NCBI GenBank assembly: GCA_031269415.1
Contig: JAISZF010000050.1
Location: 1-37,998 of the forward strand
DNA: 37,998 nt
Direction: 5' to 3'
Origin: Clostridiales bacterium
GTDB taxonomy: Bacteria; Bacillota; Clostridia; Lachnospirales; WQUN01
Of the stretch, positions 1 to 9,414 are shown in pieces. Position 1 is the stretch's first letter. Every line of letters begins with the position of its first letter. Made by a program: the position numbers and the translations under genes. The notes under the pieces are model-generated. The model worked only from the letters and a program-made list of their open reading frames with translations. It did no database searches and was not told where the DNA came from.

Positions 1-8
1 TTAATTTA

Positions 9-17
9 TGATATAAT
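9..17 (+). promoter_or_regulatory. extended -10 promoter element TGaTATAAT upstream of the first membrane-protein ORF
   Basis: TG at 9-10 and TATAAT at 12-17. A strong SD, AAGGAGG, follows at 38-44. The -35 region lies outside the window. Confidence 0.35.
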
Positions 18-183
18 TTGCATATAGTTTTTTTGACAAGGAGGCGAGATCATCAACGCGATAGATCTGGTTAAGCCCAAACCCGCGCGTTTAACGTTAA
101 AGCCGCGTAATAAAAAAGGATACGTACATAGAGGATTCCTAGACAGGCGATTAACAAAGAGAGGATATATAATATGCTGTATC

Positions 184-1812
184 GTGTTTTTCGCGCTGAC
201 CGGTCTGGAAGCGCTGGCCTTTACATTTAAGGGGATATTCTCAATTGCCGCTTCAAGAGCGTGGCTTTTATTTATGCTCTCTTTTTTCGTTCTGATTCTC
301 AGGAAAGTAATACTCCGCCTCATAATGGATATAAAGTCGCGCCGTTTCGTCGGGCCGCTGATAATGGCCGCTATGGTATCAGTGGTTTTTTACGGCTGCG
401 GCAGCCCTAATATCCGCTGGATAGATTACGAATCCGCCCAACAGGTCGCGGCGGGTCTGGACGCCCTTACCGCGGCTGATTTCAGATATACCGAACTGGC
501 CTTCTTAGGCTATCCGGTCAGACAATACATAATGTTAGCCCTGCCCAGCGTAATAGGGGGCAGAAATATGTTCGCGCTGCACTTCGGTTTCAATTTTATA
601 TTCGCGCTTTCCGCTCTGGCCATGTACACGGGTTTATCTGAATTCTTTATGAAGTACAAGCCGCATCTTGTCAAGTACGCCGCGATTATCACCCTCATGA
701 CTCTCACAAGCCCGATTATAGCTGATTTAACGCGTGTCTGCGAACAGTCTCTGCTGCCGTCCGCTTTCACTATGATGGCGGTCGGATGTTTTTTGATGTA
801 CATACGCGGGGCTACCCCAACTTCTGTGGTTGGACTCGCGTTCAGCGGCGTTACATTGGCCTCTATGTACACGCCCGGTTTTGCCTCGGCCGCCTTACTG
901 GCCGCGGTTTTAGTCAGGCGTATGGTCATTTCTGTACGCGAATCCAAAAGCGCGGCTCGCGGGTCTTTGGATTTCAGCCTGGCGCTGTTAACGGGCGTAA
1001 CGTTGTTTTATTCGCTGAAACTCATCTCAAACGGCAACGCCATGATCGGCGACGAAACAACGCTGGAATTCCTGATAACGGCAATTAAGCAGATTATAAC
1101 GGAAAACCCATATGGTTTGTTTCGACTCTTAACCCCGATTGTTTTGCTGTTCGCCCTTTTTACGTTCATGGGCGTATTTGGCATACCCGACCTGCAATTG
1201 GTATTATGGGCTTTCGTGAGCATAGCGGTTTCGCTGCTTATGAAAGGATACAGCGCGAACAGAATTGTTTCCATACAGCGCGGGAGCGTCGCGGTTCCCA
1301 TACTGGTCAGTCTTCTGGGTTACAGATTCTTTGACGGCGTACATTTACATCTGAAGAACAAAGCCGTCGCGCGTTCGGCGTCTATCGGATTTTGCTTATT
1401 TATTGTATGCGCCGTATCCTTGAATATAGCGTCGCCCCGGTTTATGCCCCATGTTTGGTCGTCGGCGCCGCAAAAGCTGCAGACGCGGGTAGTTCTAGAC
1501 TCTCAGAAAATGATAGAAAATTCGGAATTCTATAAAGCGGCGCCGCCTGTGCTGCTGTATTTCACGGAAGAAGGCTATCGCGCCAATCCATACGAGCATA
1601 TGAGGTATTTAAACCCGGCTATGCTCACGCTTTCGACTGATAACGGAATAATTGAAGGGGAGTACTCGATTGAGAACGGAGTGGTTATCTACGCGCGGGC
1701 TTCGGCCGCGCTGCCGGACGAGTACGCGGCTATGAGCGGGTTGGAAACATTAACATGGAGGATCGACGGAACAGACGCCGTTATAAAGCGTTTAGTAATC
1801 CCGCCACAGTAA
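184..1812 (+). CDS. polytopic integral membrane protein with a soluble C-terminal region, function unknown (5' end uncertain)
   Basis: ORF of 542 aa from GTG 184, with an in-frame ATG at 325. Many hydrophobic helices are followed by a ~100 aa non-hydrophobic tail. The frame is open back to nt 37, and the only good SD (38-44) precedes in-frame ATC codons at 49 and 52. A strong hairpin terminator follows the stop. Confidence 0.6.
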   Translation: MFFALTGLEALAFTFKGIFSIAASRAWLLFMLSFFVLILRKVILRLIMDIKSRRFVGPLIMAAMVSVVFYGCGSPNIRWIDYESAQQVAAGLDALTAADFRYTELAFLGYPVRQYIMLALPSVIGGRNMFALHFGFNFIFALSALAMYTGLSEFFMKYKPHLVKYAAIITLMTLTSPIIADLTRVCEQSLLPSAFTMMAVGCFLMYIRGATPTSVVGLAFSGVTLASMYTPGFASAALLAAVLVRRMVISVRESKSAARGSLDFSLALLTGVTLFYSLKLISNGNAMIGDETTLEFLITAIKQIITENPYGLFRLLTPIVLLFALFTFMGVFGIPDLQLVLWAFVSIAVSLLMKGYSANRIVSIQRGSVAVPILVSLLGYRFFDGVHLHLKNKAVARSASIGFCLFIVCAVSLNIASPRFMPHVWSSAPQKLQTRVVLDSQKMIENSEFYKAAPPVLLYFTEEGYRANPYEHMRYLNPAMLTLSTDNGIIEGEYSIENGVVIYARASAALPDEYAAMSGLETLTWRIDGTDAVIKRLVIPPQ

Positions 1813-1832
1813 ACATTTCGCGGTTTAAAAAA

Positions 1833-1868
1833 GGCGCCGCGCGTGAAATCCGCGCGGCGCCTTTTATT
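1833..1868. terminator. bidirectional intrinsic terminator between convergent genes
   Basis: GGCGCCGCGCG (1833-1843), 7-nt loop, CGCGCGGCGCC (1851-1861). It is flanked by an A-run upstream and TTTTATT downstream. Confidence 0.75.
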
Positions 1869-1924
1869 GATTTTATGCGAGTTTTAATATACAATTCCAG
1901 TAAATGAGTTGACAGTTTTATCTT

Positions 1925-3280
1925 CTAAGGCAAACGCAGGGAAACATTGCTGATCCCATAATCATATAGCATACTGCGCGTATAACGCGTCAGGAATTCG
2001 GGTTCGGACGACTTACCGGCTAATCTGTAACCCTCTGACGCCATCAGTTCATCCCTGATTTCGTCAACTCTTCCCGAAAAATAAGCGACGTTAAGCGCGC
2101 TTATCATCTCGGCGACCTCTTCGGCCTCATTCTCCGTATAAAGACCTGAATCAATCAGCCGCCCGTATGTACGGTTATACGAAACGTCTTTATAGTATTT
2201 TTGAGCGTAGGATTTGAAGGTTAGCAGATTGGCGTCTTCGGACCCGATGGAGCCTGCCCAGCGTTCCACGTCCACGCTTTTAACCGAATAATCGAAACCT
2301 TCGCCCGGCTTATAGCTCAGTACGCCGAATTGGTGGGGATAGGTCAGCAGCGAGCTGGAAGCGACCTCAAATATCCCTTCGCGGTTCTTTATATCCTGGA
2401 CATGTATATGCCCGCTGAAGACCAGTTCAATGCCGCATTCAGAAAACAGCTGCTCGGCTTCTTCCGCGTTATCCAGCGTATATCCGTAGTGAAGCGTATA
2501 ATTGTGTATAAACAGATTATGATGCGTTACCGCGATAATACGGGCGTTGTTATTATGCGCCAGTTCAGCGCATTTTCTTATCCAATTCTGTGTTTCCGGT
2601 AAAATCCTGCCGTATACGGCCGGGTTCTCATATTCTATGTTGGTTTTGTATACGCAGGTATCCAGCATCAAGAGCCATACGTCCTTCGACGGGGCGGCCA
2701 GATAACTCAAACTGGAAGCGTCTCGCATAACGGCCTCGTTATAGCCGAAATCCGCGTATATCTCCTCGAATTCCTCAGGCGTGATATAGTCGGTCACATA
2801 CTGCGAACCGCCTTTAAAGCCCCTGGCCCAGGGATTAAGAATATCGTGGTTGCCGGGGATTACGTACGCTCTGGTTTTCCCCGAAAGCTCTATGTTTCTC
2901 AATTTTTCCGCCATCCGCGTATGGCTTTCCTTCTCGCCGTTAACGGTCAGATCGCCGCTGATGATCATTGCGTCCGGGCTTAAATCCTTCATATCGTATA
3001 CGAGCGTTTCCATGATTTCTTCGGAATAATTCATCAGGCTGCCATTGCCCGACGATACGAAACGCTGAAACGCGTCCCCATGATCATTTATCTTGTCGGT
3101 AATATAGTGCGTGTCGCTCGCGACAGCGATTAAGAGATCGCTTCCGGAATCAATGGCGCCGTCCGGAATTTTCGCGGCCAGCCCGCCGCAGGCAGTTGCG
3201 GGCAGTAAAAGGAAAAGCGCCGCTAAAAGATAACGAGGGTTACTTCGACGTTTATTCGTCGGAAGTCGCCGCGTCATCAT
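1925..3280 (-). CDS. secreted or lipoprotein-type metallophosphoesterase (calcineurin-like)
   Basis: 451 aa. Metallophosphoesterase motifs SDTHY, SGDL, GNHD, VTHHN and SGHIH are present. The N-terminal signal peptide ends in the lipobox-like LPATAC. Confidence 0.85.
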   Translation of the reverse strand: MMTRRLPTNKRRSNPRYLLAALFLLLPATACGGLAAKIPDGAIDSGSDLLIAVASDTHYITDKINDHGDAFQRFVSSGNGSLMNYSEEIMETLVYDMKDLSPDAMIISGDLTVNGEKESHTRMAEKLRNIELSGKTRAYVIPGNHDILNPWARGFKGGSQYVTDYITPEEFEEIYADFGYNEAVMRDASSLSYLAAPSKDVWLLMLDTCVYKTNIEYENPAVYGRILPETQNWIRKCAELAHNNNARIIAVTHHNLFIHNYTLHYGYTLDNAEEAEQLFSECGIELVFSGHIHVQDIKNREGIFEVASSSLLTYPHQFGVLSYKPGEGFDYSVKSVDVERWAGSIGSEDANLLTFKSYAQKYYKDVSYNRTYGRLIDSGLYTENEAEEVAEMISALNVAYFSGRVDEIRDELMASEGYRLAGKSSEPEFLTRYTRSMLYDYGISNVSLRLP

Positions 3281-3374
3281 GGGAACGCCTTTGGAGGCGG
3301 CGCGGTTTTCTTCACGGCAAAATAGTCCTCCGCCAAGATAGCGTATTCCGCGTAATCACTTATTTTTTGAATAA

Positions 3375-5495
3375 TCACTTAACCCGCGCCTTAACAACCA
3401 AATCCTTTCCGAGGCAAATAACAAAAGTTTTCTCCTGGCCGTTCAGCGTTCCCTTGGCTTCCGCCTCTTCGCCGCGCGTCAGCCTGCCCGCTGTGTCCGC
3501 GTCCAGCGTGATAGAAAACCGTTCCAGCGCGTTCTTCCATATGCCGAACGCGCAGCCGTCCTTCCAACGGGAACAGTAAAACTTCTTGCTGTTCTCCAGA
3601 ATATCGCCTGTTCCGCATTTGGGGCAGGTTCCCAGTTTGGCCGGCGCGGATTTGCCACCGCGCTTCATCTTCCTGGCTTCGGCGGGAAACTCAACCGTTT
3701 TTTCCGCCGCTTTCGCCGATGAGATCAGAAAATTTACATACCGCTTAATACTGGCCATAAACTTTTCCGGATCCATGTCGGCTTTCGCGATGCTTCCCAG
3801 CCCTTTTTCCCATTTGCCGGTTGTCTCGGGCGATTTCAGCTCCGGCGGAACCGCCTCTATCAGCTTCATGCCCTTTTCCGTGGGAATCAGCGATTTGGCC
3901 TTGCGCGTTATGTACCCAACGTCTATCAGACGCTCGATGATAGCCGCGCGCGTGGCCGGCGTGCCCAGCCCCGATTCCTTCAACGCGGCGGCCAGTTCCT
4001 CGTTCTCTATAAAACGGCCCGCGTGCTCCATGGCCGACAGCAGACTCGCCTCGTTGTAGGGCTTCGGCGGCTGTGTTTTCTTCTTCACGCATTTTGTGTC
4101 CTTTACCTTAACCGGATCGCCCGTCTTAACATTGGGCAAGGGCGCTTCCTCGGGCTTATCCTTGGCGGCGGTTAAGTCCTGCGGGTAGAGTTCCATCCAA
4201 CCGGGCTGAACAATGGTGTTGCCCTTCGTAAGGAAGCGTTCGCCCTCCACAAGGCTGATTATCGCGGTAATATCATATATGTAAGCCGGATAGAACACCG
4301 CTATGAACCTGCGGACTATCAGGTCGTATATCTTCAGTTCGTCGTCGCTCAGCGAAGCGATTCTGGGTGTTACATCGGCGGGTATAATGGCGTGATGATC
4401 GGATACCTTAGCGTTGTCCACAATGCGCGGGGTAACGGGCAGCGAGGGCAGCCCGAGCGCGTATGACACGTATTGCTTATACGGCTCTATATTCAGCCGC
4501 TTGAGTAAGCCGGGCAGTTTGGGCGTCAGATCGTCGCTTAAATGGCGGCTGTCCGTCCGCGGGTATGTGATCATTTTGCGTTTCTCGTATAGATCCTGCG
4601 CGATAGATAGGGTTTTCTGCGCGGAAAAGCCGAACCGCTTGTTGGCGTCGCGCTGGAGTTCCGTCAGGTCGTAGAGCTGGGGCGGCGGAACCTTCTTCCG
4701 TTCGGTCGTGACACCGCTCACAACGCCCTCTTTACCTTTTACCTTGGCGGAAATCTCCTCCGCTTTCGTTTTATCCAATATCTTGCTGTCTTTCGTTTGC
4801 GGATCGAACCAGACGCCGGTATAAGTGGGTTCCTCAAAATCCGCGCGAACCTCCCAGTAGTCTTTGGGCACAAAGGCTTCTATTTCCTTCTGACGCGCCG
4901 CGATAATCGCCAGCGTGGGGGTCTGCACGCGCCCCACGCTCAGCAGCGCGTTATACTTGATCGTAAACGCGCGCGAGGCGTTCATGCCGACCAGCCAGTC
5001 GGCCTCCGAGCGGCAGCGCGCGGACTCGTACAGCGCGTCATACGCCTTCCCGTCTTTCATGGACGCTAATCCGGCGCTAATGGCGGCGTCGGTCATGCTG
5101 GAAATCCAGAGGCGCTTAACCGGCTTGGTACAGCCGTTTATCCTATATATATACCGGAAGATCAATTCGCCCTCGCGGCCGCTGTCCGTCGCGCAGATAA
5201 TCTGGCCGGCCTCTTTGCTGTCCATCAGTTTCTTGAGTACGGCTAACTGCTTTTTGGTATTCGGCGCGGGTTTTAATTTGATGCTCTCCGGCATAATCGG
5301 CAGGGTATCCATGCTCCATCGTTTCCAAACCGGGCTGTAATCCTCCGGCTCCGCTAACGTCACTAAATGCCCTATCGCCCACGACACGATATATTTCTCC
5401 GAAAAAAGACAGCCCTCCGCCTTAGACGCGCATCCCAGCACCCGCGCGATGTCCCGTCCGACTGAGGGCTTCTCGGCTATTACCAATGTTTTCAT
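3375..5495 (-). CDS. topB: DNA topoisomerase III (type IA)
   Basis: The track ORF is 3375-5555. I place the start at ATG 5495 (MKTLVIAEKPS, SD AGGAGAA upstream). It has a TOPRIM N-terminus, the active-site segment ITYPRTDSRHL and a C-terminal CPKCG..C zinc ribbon. Confidence 0.9.
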   Translation of the reverse strand: MKTLVIAEKPSVGRDIARVLGCASKAEGCLFSEKYIVSWAIGHLVTLAEPEDYSPVWKRWSMDTLPIMPESIKLKPAPNTKKQLAVLKKLMDSKEAGQIICATDSGREGELIFRYIYRINGCTKPVKRLWISSMTDAAISAGLASMKDGKAYDALYESARCRSEADWLVGMNASRAFTIKYNALLSVGRVQTPTLAIIAARQKEIEAFVPKDYWEVRADFEEPTYTGVWFDPQTKDSKILDKTKAEEISAKVKGKEGVVSGVTTERKKVPPPQLYDLTELQRDANKRFGFSAQKTLSIAQDLYEKRKMITYPRTDSRHLSDDLTPKLPGLLKRLNIEPYKQYVSYALGLPSLPVTPRIVDNAKVSDHHAIIPADVTPRIASLSDDELKIYDLIVRRFIAVFYPAYIYDITAIISLVEGERFLTKGNTIVQPGWMELYPQDLTAAKDKPEEAPLPNVKTGDPVKVKDTKCVKKKTQPPKPYNEASLLSAMEHAGRFIENEELAAALKESGLGTPATRAAIIERLIDVGYITRKAKSLIPTEKGMKLIEAVPPELKSPETTGKWEKGLGSIAKADMDPEKFMASIKRYVNFLISSAKAAEKTVEFPAEARKMKRGGKSAPAKLGTCPKCGTGDILENSKKFYCSRWKDGCAFGIWKNALERFSITLDADTAGRLTRGEEAEAKGTLNGQEKTFVICLGKDLVVKARVK

Positions 5496-6253
5496 ATAAA
5501 CATTCTCCTGCGTTTCTTCTCCATTACTACAAACGGCAGGTACATAATAAACCACAGAACCAAAAGCAGGCCGACAAACCCAAACAGGAAACCGGGGTTG
5601 CCCATCAGATTTATCAGGATCTCCAAAGGAGAACCCTCGGAACCCGCGTTGACGAAGAAGAAATTGGTGTTCAGCCGTTTATTCAAAAAGTAGATCGGCG
5701 GCACTATTATCAGAAGGAACAGCGCGGGCCGCCAGATGTTCCGCGCGCTGGGGCGTATGTCGTCAGCAATAAGCGGCATCAGCACAAACGCTATATGCAG
5801 GCCATGAACCACAAAGCTTTGAATAGCCTGATAGCTCCATAGCGGGTACATGGTCCAGTTGGGAAACAACAGAGCGGCGAGCGCGCCGGGCAGGCCAAGT
5901 GAATACAGAATCTCGCCCGTGGTTTTATTAGGCCGAACCGCGTGAATAATCTCAATAAACATGCTTAATCCGCAGAGATGCAGAGGAAGCTGGCTGACTG
6001 GGTAAACCGGCTGCAACAGAACAAACGAAGCCTGCCGTACGGCCTCGGAGATAAAAATGATTGCCGCGGTTACGCGCAGCATTTTCAGTCGGCTCCTGTC
6101 CGAAGCGTAGTTATACAGAAGTATCAAAATAACAATGCCGATTATTATACCAATTAAAAATATGATATGAGCGCCTCCGTACATCTGAAATCCATCGCCG
6201 GGTTTTGCCGTATCCTCAAGATATTGAAAATATTTAGACATATACGCATCCAT
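5492..6253 (-). CDS. integral membrane protein, function unknown (possibly YwaF/TIGR02206-like)
   Basis: 253 aa with about 7 hydrophobic helices. An alternative start exists at ATG 6241. Its stop overlaps the topB start in an ATGA arrangement (5492-5495), implying translational coupling. The family assignment is from memory and weak. Confidence 0.6.
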   Translation of the reverse strand: MDAYMSKYFQYLEDTAKPGDGFQMYGGAHIIFLIGIIIGIVILILLYNYASDRSRLKMLRVTAAIIFISEAVRQASFVLLQPVYPVSQLPLHLCGLSMFIEIIHAVRPNKTTGEILYSLGLPGALAALLFPNWTMYPLWSYQAIQSFVVHGLHIAFVLMPLIADDIRPSARNIWRPALFLLIIVPPIYFLNKRLNTNFFFVNAGSEGSPLEILINLMGNPGFLFGFVGLLLVLWFIMYLPFVVMEKKRRRMFI

Positions 6254-6405
6254 CCTTCCTTACATAGTTTGACGTGTCTTAAGCCGGTTGTCAATAGATT
6301 TTGACATAGATTTTTGACATTAGAAACCAATTAGAAAGGATTTTTTCCATGTAAACTGTGTTATAATGTCCCCATACGGAAGAAAAATGTATAGGGAGGA
6401 AAGAA

Positions 6406-8112
6406 ATGCGCAATTTAAAAGGTTTTTTCGGGGTTGTACTGGCTGCCGTCATGGTTGTTTCCGGTACGTTCGCCGTCTCGGCAGCGGGTACGGAGATTGA
6501 CGACGTGTATGTTATCCCAGAGGACGGCGAAAGCGCCTACAGCCCCAATATCAGCAAAGCCCGCGATATATCGCCGGCGCCGCTTACTGAACAGGAACAT
6601 CCCGACACTCGAATCATACACATCGATATACCAGCAGATCCAGGCAATCACGATTTTGTCATCCATTCCGCTTCGTCCATACGCAAGGTTGAAAAACAAC
6701 TTATGGCGGATAACCGCATCGTACTGGATTTTTCCACAGCAAGCAATGAATTGGAGGATCAGTACAATATTAATCATCCCGTTGTTCAACGGATACGCGC
6801 TGGCCAATTAACCCCGCAAACCACCCGCGTGGTGTTTGATCTGAAGGCCGGGGCAAGCTTCGTGGTGTTACTGTCCGACGATCGCCGAAGCCTGACTGTG
6901 CGCTTTGTACAGAATACCATTACCCGCATCTATTTCCACGGGGAGGGTAATACGGATATTATAGAAATAACCGGCGACTATTGCCCGATCCTCTCCATCG
7001 CGCCGCTTGCGGGAACTAATCAAATAATTGTGGACATGCCCATTTCCACAATGGGGCAGCCGGCCAAATACATAACGGACATGAGTTTCGTGAAGATTGT
7101 ACACGCGTCGCAGCCGGATATAAACACCGCGCGGCTGACGCTGGAAAGCTACGGCATGGCCGGAATATCCGTGGAGTACAGCGGAAACACCGCTATCCTC
7201 CGATTGAGCCCCGCTACTTACGATAATATCTATTACACCGGCGACAAGACGCTCAGCCTGAAGAAGGATCCTAATTACCCCATAAGCGCGAACGATCTCC
7301 TGCGCGAGGATCATTATGCGTTCGGCCAGTTTGTGTTCGAACTGCCGGGGCAGTACAGCGGCTGGCTTGGCTGGGGAGAGTATTACATAAATGATGAGTA
7401 TCTGAACGAAATATTAATCAAGACGGGCGACAACGGCAATACCAGGCTGGTCTTTGAGCAGAAGCGGGTACTGGCGTATGAGTTTTGGGAAGATTCCGAA
7501 TATATATATATTAAGCCCGTACATCCTAAGGAGAAATATGATAAGATCGTTGTACTCGATCCGGGGCATGGGGGCAACGCGTCCGGCGCGTCCGCCAATG
7601 GACTGGTGGAAAAGAACCTGAACCTGGACGTGTCCAGCCGCCTGATTAACCTGATTGAGCGGGATGGAAGCGTAAAGGTATACGCCACGCGCATAACAGA
7701 TAGAAACGTGGATCTGTACGATCGACCCGTATGGGCAAGCGATATAGGCGATATCTTTATTTCCATACATATGAACGCAATGGGCGGCGGCAACACATCG
7801 ACAAACGGCACGGAGGTTTACTGGTATCCGCACTCCAATGACAGCCGGCTTGGGTATTCCGGCAAGGATATGGCCGAGATCTTCCAGCGCAACTTGGTAA
7901 GCGATCTGGGCACGCGGAATTTGGGCGTCAAGTCCAACCGGTTTATTGTCATAAAGAATACAACCATTCCCGCTATTCTATGCGAGATTGGGTTCCTTAC
8001 AAACCGGGCCGAGGCCGCCAGGCTTGGAAACGCCAATTTCCGGCAAAGTACCGCCGAATCGCTGTACCGAAGCGTATTGGAGGTGTTCGCGGCTTATACG
8101 CCGCGAAGGTAG
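6406..8112 (+). CDS. N-acetylmuramoyl-L-alanine amidase with N-terminal AMIN-like repeats
   Basis: 568 aa with a signal peptide (AVMVVSGTFAVSAAG). Two AMIN-like segments are present (RIVLDFS...TRVVFDL and IIVDMP...ARLTLE). The C-terminal Amidase_3 signature is VVLDPGHGG...EKNLNL...FISIHMNA...GTEVYWY. Confidence 0.85.
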   Translation: MRNLKGFFGVVLAAVMVVSGTFAVSAAGTEIDDVYVIPEDGESAYSPNISKARDISPAPLTEQEHPDTRIIHIDIPADPGNHDFVIHSASSIRKVEKQLMADNRIVLDFSTASNELEDQYNINHPVVQRIRAGQLTPQTTRVVFDLKAGASFVVLLSDDRRSLTVRFVQNTITRIYFHGEGNTDIIEITGDYCPILSIAPLAGTNQIIVDMPISTMGQPAKYITDMSFVKIVHASQPDINTARLTLESYGMAGISVEYSGNTAILRLSPATYDNIYYTGDKTLSLKKDPNYPISANDLLREDHYAFGQFVFELPGQYSGWLGWGEYYINDEYLNEILIKTGDNGNTRLVFEQKRVLAYEFWEDSEYIYIKPVHPKEKYDKIVVLDPGHGGNASGASANGLVEKNLNLDVSSRLINLIERDGSVKVYATRITDRNVDLYDRPVWASDIGDIFISIHMNAMGGGNTSTNGTEVYWYPHSNDSRLGYSGKDMAEIFQRNLVSDLGTRNLGVKSNRFIVIKNTTIPAILCEIGFLTNRAEAARLGNANFRQSTAESLYRSVLEVFAAYTPRR

Positions 8113-8338
8113 ATCTTCACAGACGGCGGCTTTCGTGCTATTATATTTATAATGTAGCGAGGAGCGATACTATTGGCCCCATCACCCAACCAGGAACGCG
8201 CCCATTGTTTTTACAATGTGGCGCATGAAGGGATATTATACTTCGACAGGAAGTGGCTGAATGAGTGACCTGCTGAGGATTGCCGCCGCGGATCTCGCGG
8301 GCGCGGGGTATTAAGCCGCTAAATGGCGCGAAAATGAA

Positions 8339-8373
8339 GGGAGCCACGATACGCGGCTCCTCTTTCTTGTTTT
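8339..8373. terminator. hairpin terminator, mainly for thyX and possibly also for the + strand
   Basis: GGAGCC (8340-8345) pairs with GGCTCC (8355-8360). On the + strand it is followed by TCTTTCTTGTTTT, and on the - strand by CTTCATTTTC. It lies 15 nt after the thyX stop. Confidence 0.5.
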
Positions 8374-8374
8374 C

Positions 8375-8998
8375 TCAAATATCCTCAAACAAAACCCCAA
8401 CCCGTCCCCGGACCGCTTTCAGAGCCATATCGGCGGACTGGCGCATCTGCGGGTGCGCGGCTTTGTCCGTGCGCAGCTTGAAGAAATGCCTCCACTCGCG
8501 CGCGTTCCCGGTGACTACCAGTTCGGTTTTTACACTGACGGGCAAAACGGAACGCGCCTGTTCCGGGATGGCCTTGCACGTATTCAGCAATTCAAAATAA
8601 GCGCGTTCGGCCGCTTCCATCGCGTTTAGCCAGACGCTGTACGCGTCGTCGGCCTCCGCCCAAAAGCAGGGCTTTATAAAAGTGAGTTCGCTGTTAAACC
8701 TGTCTTTGGAGTAATTACAGTAGCGCGTGGACTCCTGCGCAAAGCTGAACAGCCTGTGCCGCACAATTTCGTGCGAAACCCCGCGGTCGCAGACAAATTT
8801 GATTGATATGGCGGGGGCGTGTTCCAGCATAGCCTCGTGTCCGCGTTCTATCAATCGACTCACGAACGCCGGCGCGGACGTATCCGTAATACCGCCCTCG
8901 GATTTGTAACAGGTGCGTCCGGCTCGTTCAATGACTTTCAGTGTTTCCGGCCCGTTGATCTCCGATAAAATCTCAATTGAGGGTTCAATGATTTTCAT
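8375..8998 (-). CDS. thyX: FAD-dependent thymidylate synthase
   Basis: 207 aa. The ThyX signature RHRxxSxxxxSxR is present as RHRLFSFAQESTR. Confidence 0.9.
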   Translation of the reverse strand: MKIIEPSIEILSEINGPETLKVIERAGRTCYKSEGGITDTSAPAFVSRLIERGHEAMLEHAPAISIKFVCDRGVSHEIVRHRLFSFAQESTRYCNYSKDRFNSELTFIKPCFWAEADDAYSVWLNAMEAAERAYFELLNTCKAIPEQARSVLPVSVKTELVVTGNAREWRHFFKLRTDKAAHPQMRQSADMALKAVRGRVGVLFEDI

Positions 8999-9068
8999 AT
9001 GTATTCATACAACCTCCCGTCCCGAATAATGGCATTATAACAGCGTACGCGCCGATTGAAAAGCATAA

Positions 9069-9098
9069 TAAAAAACGCCCGGTTTTGGGCGTTTTTTA
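9069..9098. terminator. bidirectional intrinsic terminator downstream of the CotF-like gene
   Basis: AACGCCC, loop, GGGCGTT, flanked by AAAAAA and TTTTTT runs. Confidence 0.7.
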
Positions 9099-9109
9099 AT
9101 TTAATTGTT

Positions 9110-9394
9110 TTATCTCATTCCCTGTGGTCCGACGCCTTGCTGCTGCATACCCGATGAAAGAGCCGTCTTGATGTTGTTGATATCCTGTGGGGAACTCGAC
9201 GGCGAAACCGGGTAATACCCTTTCTGCTCGGCGACCTTATACAGATCGTATTGGAACTTCTCGTCAGAGTCCCTCATTTGCTGAAATGTCTGACGAAGGT
9301 TCTGATCCGCTGTTTCGGTGATAACCTTGGCGTAATTGCCCAAGCCGGCTTTCGTGCCGCTTAGAATATCCATTACCATGTCTTTTTCCTGCAT
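9110..9394 (-). CDS. spore coat protein, CotF (Coat_F) family
   Basis: 94 aa. The helical pattern ...DILSGTKAGLGNYAKVITETADQNLRQTFQQMRDSDEKFQYDLYKVAEQKGYY is typical of Coat_F domain proteins. Confidence 0.7.
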   Translation of the reverse strand: MQEKDMVMDILSGTKAGLGNYAKVITETADQNLRQTFQQMRDSDEKFQYDLYKVAEQKGYYPVSPSSSPQDINNIKTALSSGMQQQGVGPQGMR

Positions 9395-9414
9395 TTTTGT
9401 CCTCCTGTAAATTA

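Noticed and set aside
6-323. 105-aa minus-strand ORF at the left edge
   Set aside because: It is antisense to the promoter, SD and 5' end of the membrane-protein gene, has no SD, and its sequence has no recognisable features.
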